A program made the translations under genes and the position numbers. A stretch of 10,660 nucleotides of DNA, from assembly GCA_044222475.1 (NCBI GenBank), contig JBGANF010000199.1:1-10660 (forward strand), in the 5' to 3' direction. This stretch comes from Polyangiaceae bacterium (GTDB taxonomy: Bacteria; Myxococcota_A; Polyangia; Polyangiales; Polyangiaceae). Positions 1 through 6,493 of this stretch are shown piece after piece (position 1 is the first letter of the stretch; each line of letters starts with the position of its first letter). Below the pieces are notes generated by a model, which had not been told where the DNA came from, ran no database searches, and saw only the letters and a program-made list of their open reading frames with translations.

Positions 1-786
1 ACCGATCGTCTCCTCGCGGACGACATGCGGCTGCGCAAGAAGGTCGACGAGCTCACCGAGACGACGAAGCGACTGACCGAGGCGCGAACGCAGCTCGTCC
101 AGAGCGAGAAGCTCGCGAGCGTCGGCCGGCTCGCCGCCGGGATGGCGCACGAGATCGGGAACCCGATCTCGGCGATGCTCGGGATGGAAGAGCTGCTCCT
201 CGCCGGGGACGTCCCCGAAGACGAGCGCGATCAGTTCGTCGCGCGGCTGAAGAAGGAGACCGAGCGCATCAACCGGGTCCTCCGCGATCTGCTGGACTTC
301 GCCCGCCCCGAGCGCGCACCGGAGAGCGACGCGGAGCCCCCCGAAGCACCGGCGGACGAGTGCGTCGCCGACGTCGTCGCGTTGCTGAAACCTCAGAAAG
401 AGTTCCGCGACGTGACGATCGACGTCGACGTCGCGCGCGGGCTCCGTGCCCGCATCGCGCGCGGGCGCCTCACGCAGGTGCTGCTGAACCTCGCGCTCAA
501 CGCCGGCGACGCCATGAACGATCGCCGAGGGACTCGCCTCGTGATCCGCGCGCGCACCGAGGGCGATCGCATCACGTTCGAGATCGAGGACGATGGGCCG
601 GGCGTGCCGGAGTCGCTCCGCGACCGCATCTTCGAGCCGTTCGTGACGACGAAGGACGTCGGTGAGGGCACCGGTCTGGGCCTCGCCGTCTGTCGAGGGA
701 TCGTCGAGGGCGCGGGCGGGACGATCGCGCTTCGGCCGCTCGAGCGCGGCGCATGCTTCGTGGTGGACCTACCCCTCGCGGTCTAG
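1..786 (+). CDS. Sensor histidine kinase, C-terminal part (HisKA + HATPase_c, NtrB/PilS-like); 5' end lies outside the window
   Basis: Frame is open from base 1 (TDRLLADDMRLR...), so ATG 25 is probably internal. Coiled coil followed by 'QLVQSEKLASVGRLAAGMAHEIGNP' (H-box), 'QVLLNLALNAGDAM' (N-box), 'DDGPG' (G1), 'IFEPFVTTK' (F-box), 'GEGTGLGL' (G2). TAG at 784-786. Confidence 0.95.
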   Translation, partial: TDRLLADDMRLRKKVDELTETTKRLTEARTQLVQSEKLASVGRLAAGMAHEIGNPISAMLGMEELLLAGDVPEDERDQFVARLKKETERINRVLRDLLDFARPERAPESDAEPPEAPADECVADVVALLKPQKEFRDVTIDVDVARGLRARIARGRLTQVLLNLALNAGDAMNDRRGTRLVIRARTEGDRITFEIEDDGPGVPESLRDRIFEPFVTTKDVGEGTGLGLAVCRGIVEGAGGTIALRPLERGACFVVDLPLAV

Positions 787-1566
787 CATCTCGTCGAGCG
801 GGATCACGTCGAGCTTTCGTTCCTTGAGCCCCGCGAGGATCGATGGGAGCGCGCGCACCCCCGCGGGCTCGCGGTCGTCGTTTTCGGCGGCGTCGTGGAG
901 CAGCACGATCGATCCGCGACGCACGCCGTCGAGGACCCGCTTCGTGACGCTCTCCGGCTCGGCTGCGATCCCGTCTCGACCGCTGACGTCCCAAGCGACC
1001 ACGTCGAGGTCGAGCTCGCGAAGGACGCGCGCGACGTGCGGGTTCGTGTGGCCGATCGGCGGACGAAAGAGGCGCACGCGCTGCCCGGTCGCGCGCTCCA
1101 CGACCTTCCGGCAGCGCGTGAGATCTTTGCGCCACGTCCCAGGACCGCGCATCGCGAACAAGCGATCGTGCGCGTACGAGTGCAGCCCGAGCGCGTGGCC
1201 GCGGTCGACGATCTGCTTCGCGATCTCCGGGTGCGCCTCGACCTTGCGCCCGACGACGAAGAAGGTCGCCTTCACGCCCGCGGCGTCCAGCGCATCGAGG
1301 GTGGCGAGCGTCCATTTGGGGTGCGGTCCGTCGTCGAAGGTGAGCGCAACGCCGTGAGCGCTCTCGGGGCCACGCACGGTGGCGTCGACGAAGACTTGGA
1401 GGCGAAGGACGAAGATGCCGAGGAAGAACAGCGTGAGGTACAGCACCGCGAACGCGACGATCACCGTCGTGCTCGGCGGCGTCAAAAAGAGCGAACGCGC
1501 CGCGAACGCGACCGCGGCGAAGCTCAAGACGTAGAGCGCCACCCGCGCTGGGGGAGTGCCGCTCAC
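769..1566 (-). CDS. Membrane-anchored polysaccharide deacetylase (CE4/NodB homology), ~265 aa
   Basis: CE4 motifs 'VALTFDDGP', 'HSYAH', 'FRPPIG', 'IVLLHD', plus two N-terminal hydrophobic segments. Start reassigned to GTG at 1566, which overlaps the upstream TGA (GTGA). The extra ~204 codons of the 769..2178 ORF are Arg/Gly-rich off-frame sequence over another gene. Confidence 0.9.
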   Translation of the reverse strand: MSGTPPARVALYVLSFAAVAFAARSLFLTPPSTTVIVAFAVLYLTLFFLGIFVLRLQVFVDATVRGPESAHGVALTFDDGPHPKWTLATLDALDAAGVKATFFVVGRKVEAHPEIAKQIVDRGHALGLHSYAHDRLFAMRGPGTWRKDLTRCRKVVERATGQRVRLFRPPIGHTNPHVARVLRELDLDVVAWDVSGRDGIAAEPESVTKRVLDGVRRGSIVLLHDAAENDDREPAGVRALPSILAGLKERKLDVIPLDEMLDREG

Positions 1567-2120
1567 TTCTTGGCCTTCTTCGCGGCCTCCTCGTCCTCTT
1601 CGTCGTCGTCGAGTGAGGCGTCGGCGACGCGGACCTTGCCGGCGGCCTTCTTCGAGTCGTCCGCCTTGCCGCCCTTGCCACCCTTGTCGTCCTTCTTCGC
1701 GTCCTTGTCTTCGGGCGTGTTGTCCGCCTCGTAGAACGCGCCGAGGATCCCGGCGACGAACGGCAGAGACACGATGGGGAGCGAGCCGATCTCCGTCGCC
1801 TCGGCCGGGCCCAGCCCGAGCCCGCCCAGGTTCAGGTCGAGGTGCAGCCAGCGCCGCATCGCGAACATCATCGCGGCGGCGATCGCCGCGCCGAACGCGG
1901 CCTTGAGGCCCGCCTCGATCTGTCCGCCGGCCGCCCAGATGGGCTTTCCGGCGACGAGCCCGACGAGCATGCCCGTCAGGGCCGCGAAGACGTATGCCAG
2001 CGCGGTCCCGCCGCCGCCGGCCCCAAAGGCCGCCATGCCGAGCCCCTTCACGACGGCAGCGCCGAGGGCGCCCCCCACGAAGAGCCCGAAGACGAGGCCG
2101 TAGAGCAGTCGCTTGACCAT
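1563..2120 (-). CDS. Hypothetical integral membrane protein (~4 Gly/Ala-rich TM segments) with a highly charged low-complexity C-terminal tail
   Basis: 185-aa ORF with hydrophobic stretches (LLYGLVFGLFVGGALGAAVV; LAYVFAALTGMLVGLVAG; AAFGAAIAAAMMFAM; LPIVSLPFVAGILGAFY) and tail ...KDAKKDDKGGKGGK...DDDEEDEEAAKKAKK. Its stop overlaps the deacetylase start. Confidence 0.8.
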   Translation of the reverse strand: MVKRLLYGLVFGLFVGGALGAAVVKGLGMAAFGAGGGGTALAYVFAALTGMLVGLVAGKPIWAAGGQIEAGLKAAFGAAIAAAMMFAMRRWLHLDLNLGGLGLGPAEATEIGSLPIVSLPFVAGILGAFYEADNTPEDKDAKKDDKGGKGGKADDSKKAAGKVRVADASLDDDEEDEEAAKKAKK

Positions 2121-2185
2121 CTGAAGTAGCTGTACGTCCCTTTACGCCGAGGTCAACGGTCCATCGTCCCGCCGACACGAGAAAA

Positions 2186-2226
2186 CCACGCTCTCTCTCC
2201 CGACGCGTAGCGGAGGGACCGCGTGG
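2186..2226. other. Imperfect intergenic inverted repeat just downstream of recD2 (possible terminator or REP-like stem-loop)
   Basis: CCACGC (2186-2191) pairs with GCGTGG (2221-2226); inner TCTCTCC pairs with GGAGGGA (one wobble or mismatch). On the minus strand it is followed by TTTT (AAAA at 2182-2185). Confidence 0.4.
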
Positions 2227-2235
2227 AGGGGAGGC

Positions 2236-4455
2236 TCATTCGGCTCTGCCGAATTCGGCTCCGCCGGATGGTGAGAGGCGGCGCGAGCCGCCTTCCCCAG
2301 GGTTGAGGCGCTCGGCCAAGCGTGAACGCCGGTCCCCTCGTCGTTCTTCCCGCAGCGCGATGTCGATCGCGCGTGGATCGGCCACCAGCACGACGACGCG
2401 TTTTCCTCGCGTGACGCCGGTGTAAAGAAGGTTGCGCGAAAGAATGACGAAGTGTGCGGTCTGGAGGACGATGACGACCGCAGGATATTCGCTCCCCTGC
2501 GACTTGTGGACCGTGCACGCGTACGCGAGCGTCAGGTCGTCCAGGGCGTCGCGCTCGTAGGGCACGACGCGGTCGTCGAAGCGGGCGACGAGCGAGTCGC
2601 CGCCTTCACCCAGCTCGACGATCTCGCCGAGGTCGCCGTTCCACACGTCCTTGTCGTAGTCGTTGCGCAGCTGCATCACCTTGTCGCCCACGCGGAGCGT
2701 CCGTTGGCCGCGCGTGAGCGCCGCCCCGTTCGGATTGAGTGCATTCTGCAATGATTCGTTGAGCGCGATCGCGCCGACGTCGCCCTTGTGCATCGGGACG
2801 AGCACCTGCACGTCGCGCTTCGGGTCCAGCCCGAAGCGGCGGGGGATGCGGGTCGTCACGAGCTCCAGGACGGTCTTTCGAACCGACTCGGAGTCCCGGC
2901 GCTCGATGACGAAGAAGTCGCCGTCCTCGGTCTTCGACGACGTCGGTCGCAGGCCGCGGTGGATCCGGTGCGCGTTCAGCACGATGAGGCTCTCTTCGGC
3001 CTGGCGGAACACGTGGGTGAGCCGCACGGTCTCCACCGCGCCGGACTCGATGACGTCGCGAAGGACGGCTCCCGGTCCGACGCTCGGGAGCTGGTCCTCG
3101 TCGCCGACGAGGATCAAGCGCGTGCCGGGCGCGATGGCCTGAGTCAGCGCGTCGGCGAGCGCGAGGTCGACCATCGAGCACTCGTCGACGATGACCGCGC
3201 CGGTCTCGAGCGGCATGGACGCACACCGCTTGAACGACCCACGCTTGGGCTCGAACTCGAGCAGGCGGTGGATCGTCTTCGCCTCTCGTCCGGTCGCCTC
3301 GTTCATGCGCTTCGCCGCGCGCCCGGTCGGCGCCGCGAGGTCGACGCGAACGTGCGATGCGTCGAACAGCGCGAGGAGCGCGCGGAGGACGGTGGTCTTT
3401 CCCACGCCCGGACCACCCGTGATCACGAGCACACCGCTCCGCGCGGCGAGCGCCAAGGCCTCGCGCTGCGCCGGCGCGAGCGAGACGCCGGTCGCGTCCT
3501 CGAAGCTCGCGCGCGCCGCCTCGGCTCCCTCGAGCGTCGCGGTATGGGCGGTGGCGATCTCGGTGAGGCGTTCGGTGAGGCGCAGCTCGGCGGTGTGCAT
3601 CGCGCGGAGGAAGCACGCGCGGCCTTCGGGGAGATCTTCGGTCACGACGTGGCCGCCCATGCGAAGGCCATCGAGCGCGTGGCGGAGAAGCTGCCGATCG
3701 CCGACGCCGAGGAGGCGAGCTGCGCTCTCGAGCAGCTCCTCCTCGCCGGTCCACGAATGTCCCAAACTGGTACTATCACCGAGCGCCTGGAGGATGCCGG
3801 CCTGCAGCCGCTCCGGCGCGTCCTTGGCGATGCCGGCGGCCTGGGCGATCTTGTCCGCCGTGTGGAAGCCGATCCCGCGCACCTCGAGCGCGAGACGGTA
3901 CGGCTCCCGCGCGACGACGTTGACGGCGGCGGTGCCGTACTTCCTCTGGATCCGATCGGCGAGGTTCGGCGAGACGCCGAACGCCGCGAGCTGCACGAGC
4001 ACCTCGCGGACCTCGCGCTGCTCGCGCCACACGTCGGCGAGCGCCTCGGCGCGGCGCCGGCCGAGGCCAGTGACCTCGGTCAGGCGCTCCGGCTGCTCGT
4101 CGAGGACGCGCAGGGTCTCGAGACCGAAGTGCGCGACGATGCGCTCGGCGGTGCGGGGTCCGACGCCGGGGATGGCGCCGGATCCGAGGTGCCGCTCGAG
4201 CCCCGCCAGGGTGTTCGGCGCGAGGACGGTGACCGAAGCGGCGCGCACCTGCTCGCCGTGCTTTCGATCGACCTCGACCGTCCCGCGGATGCGCACCCGG
4301 CCCCCAGCAGGGACGCGAGGGAACATCCCGACGACCGAGCGCGGCTCGCGCTCCCCATCGACGAGCACGCGAATGACCCTAAATGCGGAGCTGTCGCTCT
4401 CGAAGGTGATGCGCTTCACCTCGCCTTCGAATAGGAGCTCCTTTGACGCCGTCAC
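2236..4455 (-). CDS. recD2: ATP-dependent RecD-like (RecD2) SF1B DNA helicase
   Basis: N-terminal OB-like region and HhH motifs (IPGVGPRTAERIV, VTGLGRRRAE, VRGIGFHTADKIA). Walker A 'ITGGPGVGKT', 'LAAPTGRAAKRM', 'TIHRLL', Walker B 'VIVDECSMVD', 'LVGDEDQLPSVGPG', 'LTHVFRQ', 'AYACTVHKSQGSEY', 'LLYTGVTRGK'. The 739-aa length fits RecD2, and no recB/recC is adjacent. Confidence 0.95.
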   Translation of the reverse strand: MTASKELLFEGEVKRITFESDSSAFRVIRVLVDGEREPRSVVGMFPRVPAGGRVRIRGTVEVDRKHGEQVRAASVTVLAPNTLAGLERHLGSGAIPGVGPRTAERIVAHFGLETLRVLDEQPERLTEVTGLGRRRAEALADVWREQREVREVLVQLAAFGVSPNLADRIQRKYGTAAVNVVAREPYRLALEVRGIGFHTADKIAQAAGIAKDAPERLQAGILQALGDSTSLGHSWTGEEELLESAARLLGVGDRQLLRHALDGLRMGGHVVTEDLPEGRACFLRAMHTAELRLTERLTEIATAHTATLEGAEAARASFEDATGVSLAPAQREALALAARSGVLVITGGPGVGKTTVLRALLALFDASHVRVDLAAPTGRAAKRMNEATGREAKTIHRLLEFEPKRGSFKRCASMPLETGAVIVDECSMVDLALADALTQAIAPGTRLILVGDEDQLPSVGPGAVLRDVIESGAVETVRLTHVFRQAEESLIVLNAHRIHRGLRPTSSKTEDGDFFVIERRDSESVRKTVLELVTTRIPRRFGLDPKRDVQVLVPMHKGDVGAIALNESLQNALNPNGAALTRGQRTLRVGDKVMQLRNDYDKDVWNGDLGEIVELGEGGDSLVARFDDRVVPYERDALDDLTLAYACTVHKSQGSEYPAVVIVLQTAHFVILSRNLLYTGVTRGKRVVVLVADPRAIDIALREERRGDRRSRLAERLNPGEGGSRRLSPSGGAEFGRAE

Positions 4456-4480
4456 GGTGTCATGAAACTAACCGAGAGCC

Positions 4481-5122
4481 GTGCACTCCGAAATCGTCAG
4501 CCACCTCATCGTCACGTTCGGGTCGGTCTTCGCGATCGTCGATCCGTTCGCGGCGCTGCCGATCTTCGTCGCCCTGACGGCCGAGCGCACGCCGCAGGCG
4601 CGCCGGCGCATCGCGCTGCGCGCGTCGATGACCTGCCTCGGCGTCCTCACGGTGTTCGCCGCGGCCGGGTCGCTGATCATGACGTTCTTCTCGATCTCGC
4701 TGCCGGCGTTCAAGATCGCCGGTGGGATCCTGCTCTTCGGCGTCGGCATGGAGATGCTCCGCGCCAAGCCGTCGTCGACCCGCTCCACCGCAGAGGAAGA
4801 GTCGGAGGCCCACGGCAAGGAGGACCTGGCGATCATCCCGCTGGGGTTGCCGCTCCTCGCCGGGCCGGGCGCGATCGCCACCGTGATGGTCCTCGCCGGC
4901 AAAGCGGAGACCTACCCGAAGCGGGGCTCGGTGTTCGCGGCGATCCTGGTAGTGAGCGCGATCACGTTCGTGGTGCTGCGCTCCGCAGAGTGGGTCGCGC
5001 GCGGTCTCGGCAAGACCGGGATCAACCTCATCGGGCGGATCATGGGCCTGATCCTCGCGGCGACCGCCGTTCAGTTCGTGATCGACGGTCTGCGCGAAGC
5101 GTTCCCGAAGGTTGTGGCTTGA
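4481..5122 (+). CDS. MarC-family (NAAT/UPF0056) six-TM membrane protein
   Basis: 213 aa with family motifs 'FAIVDPF', 'FKIAGGILLF', 'LAIIPLGLPLLAGPGAIATV', 'GKTGINLIGRIMGLILAATAVQFVIDG'. GTG start. Confidence 0.93.
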   Translation: MHSEIVSHLIVTFGSVFAIVDPFAALPIFVALTAERTPQARRRIALRASMTCLGVLTVFAAAGSLIMTFFSISLPAFKIAGGILLFGVGMEMLRAKPSSTRSTAEEESEAHGKEDLAIIPLGLPLLAGPGAIATVMVLAGKAETYPKRGSVFAAILVVSAITFVVLRSAEWVARGLGKTGINLIGRIMGLILAATAVQFVIDGLREAFPKVVA

Positions 5123-5133
5123 CCGCGAAACGC

Positions 5134-5165
5134 CGAAGGCGCCGCGGTTGCCCGGGGTGCCTTCG
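5134..5165. terminator. Stem-loop between convergent genes, probable bidirectional terminator
   Basis: CGAAGGCGCC (5134-5143) pairs with GGTGCCTTCG (5156-5165) with one G:U, and the GC-rich inner part can pair further. It lies in the 64-bp gap between the two stops. U-tracts are weak (AAA at 5128-5130 gives TTT on the minus strand; TT on plus). Confidence 0.6.
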
Positions 5166-5186
5166 TTGCGTCGATTGGTGAGTGGG

Positions 5187-6365
5187 TCAATTGGCAGCCG
5201 AGGTGTACACGTTCAGCTGGTAGGGGCCCGACGCAGACGCGCTGAAGGCGGCCGCGTAGACGACCAGCGTAGTGTTCGGCGGGAGCGTGATGTTGTTGTG
5301 TCCACCGAAGAAGTTCGAAGAAGGGCACGATGGGGGGTTACCGACGCTGAACGAGCAGTCGTCGTTCGGCGTCGTCCCGACGATGCAACTCTTTCGCGCG
5401 GTCAGGTCGTTGTCGGCCGGCGGCACCGCACCAGCGTACAGCGTGACGATGATGTCGGTCGGTCCGCCGGATTGGAGCGTCGAGTAGATCGCGACCGTAA
5501 GCGTCTTGCTACCCGGGTTCTTCACGGAGGCGTAGTGGTAGGAAGTTTGCGTGGCTTGGAAGGTCGTCGGGCAGGTCGGGAAGGAGGTGACACCGCTCGG
5601 CCGGTCGAGCTTCGGGCTTGCCGGCAGTGTGAAGACGGAGCTCACGGTGACGCCTACGGTCTCCGAGGCGATGATGCCGGGAATGGTCGGGCCCGACTGG
5701 CAGGCGCCGAAGTTTCCGAACTTGCACTGGTTGTCGCATGTGCGCTCGCGTCCACCGGCGTCACACGAGAGACCGAGCACGAATTCCGTCGACTGCGGCT
5801 TGCACGCGTTAGGCGGCTCGTTGCAGGTCTGGGTGACGTCGAAGTTGCAGTTGTTGAGGCAGACCGTCTTCTTCGTGCCGCAGTTGCCGCACGCAGTATC
5901 CGGATACGACAGCTTCGGATCGCAGCCGTTGACGACCTGGCCCTGGCAGAAGCCCCAGTCGCTCCATGCGAGGCCGCCGTCGGCCGGGAGGCACGCGCGC
6001 TTCTGGAAGCCGCAGAGACCGCAGTTCTGCTGCTGGATCTCGTTCGCCGTGTTGCACGGCGAGCCGACCGGTGGGAGGCCGCCGTCGCCTGCGTCGCCGC
6101 CATCGCTCGAGCCGTCGGTGGCCGCGTCGGTCGCGCCGTCGGTCATGACGTCGGAGCCGGTGTCCTTGGCGACGTCCGGTTGCGCGTCGATGACGGTGGA
6201 GTCCTTGCCGGCGTCCTTGCCCGAGTCGACGCTCGCGTCTTGGGTCGACTGGTCCACGCCGCTGTCTTCGGGGTTGGCGGTATCGTCCGCGCTGCTGCAG
6301 CCGACGAGGCCGCTGCAGGCGACGGTGGAGATCGCGAGGACGGACATGAAGTGGATGGTGCGCAT
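5187..6365 (-). CDS. Putative lipoprotein: D/A/G/S-rich linker, three Cys-rich repeats, C-terminal beta-rich domain (~392 aa)
   Basis: ATG at 6365 is preceded by an AGGAG SD (aggagcaactacATG). Signal peptide MRTIHFMSVLAISTVACSGLVG-C with lipobox LVGC. Linker 'DSGVD...DAGDGG'; repeats such as CGLCGFQKRAC...WSDWGFC, CGNCGTKKTVC, CDAGGRERTCDNQCKFGNFGAC. Confidence 0.85.
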   Translation of the reverse strand: MRTIHFMSVLAISTVACSGLVGCSSADDTANPEDSGVDQSTQDASVDSGKDAGKDSTVIDAQPDVAKDTGSDVMTDGATDAATDGSSDGGDAGDGGLPPVGSPCNTANEIQQQNCGLCGFQKRACLPADGGLAWSDWGFCQGQVVNGCDPKLSYPDTACGNCGTKKTVCLNNCNFDVTQTCNEPPNACKPQSTEFVLGLSCDAGGRERTCDNQCKFGNFGACQSGPTIPGIIASETVGVTVSSVFTLPASPKLDRPSGVTSFPTCPTTFQATQTSYHYASVKNPGSKTLTVAIYSTLQSGGPTDIIVTLYAGAVPPADNDLTARKSCIVGTTPNDDCSFSVGNPPSCPSSNFFGGHNNITLPPNTTLVVYAAAFSASASGPYQLNVYTSAAN

Positions 6366-6477
6366 GTAGTTGCTCCTGGGCGCGTGTGTTACCACGTGTT
6401 CATGGGGGCGGCGAGGCAGAATGACGCGGTCAATGCAGTTTTCCGTCCAGGGTTTACATCGCAAAGAGTGTGGTGCC

Positions 6478-6486
6478 TGCTAGTCT
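6478..6486 (+). promoter_or_regulatory. Extended -10-like element TGC-TAGTCT, 7 nt upstream of ATG 6494
   Basis: Matches TGn-TAnnnT. No SD sequence lies between it and the ATG. Confidence 0.45.
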
Positions 6487-6493
6487 GCGCGCG

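Noticed and set aside
769..2178. 469-aa ORF as a single long deacetylase fusion
   Set aside because: The first ~204 codons are Arg/Gly-rich off-frame translation over the 1563..2120 gene. A GTG at 1566 coupled to that gene's stop gives a normal-sized CE4 protein.
2236..4455. Helicase as a TraA/relaxase of a mobile element, RecBCD subunit or defence-system helicase
   Set aside because: It has the HhH-containing N-terminus and size of chromosomal RecD2. No relaxase domain, recB/recC, integrase, nuclease or transfer genes are nearby.
2788..4465. Long + strand ORFs (548 aa, 424 aa) antisense to recD2
   Set aside because: Shadow ORFs expected from high GC3 codon bias. They have no recognisable motifs, while the minus-strand frame has all helicase motifs.
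4481..5122. MarC protein as an antibiotic-resistance determinant
   Set aside because: The family name is historical. E. coli MarC was shown not to confer multiple antibiotic resistance, and nothing in the context supports resistance.
5900..6030. CGLC / CGNC as heme-c or Fe-S binding motifs
   Set aside because: No CxxCH and no ferredoxin or radical SAM spacing. In an exported protein these Cys are more plausibly disulfide-bonded.
6366..6464. 33-aa N-terminal extension of the lipoprotein as given in the ORF track
   Set aside because: It would bury the signal peptide. ATG 6365 has an AGGAG SD at proper spacing.
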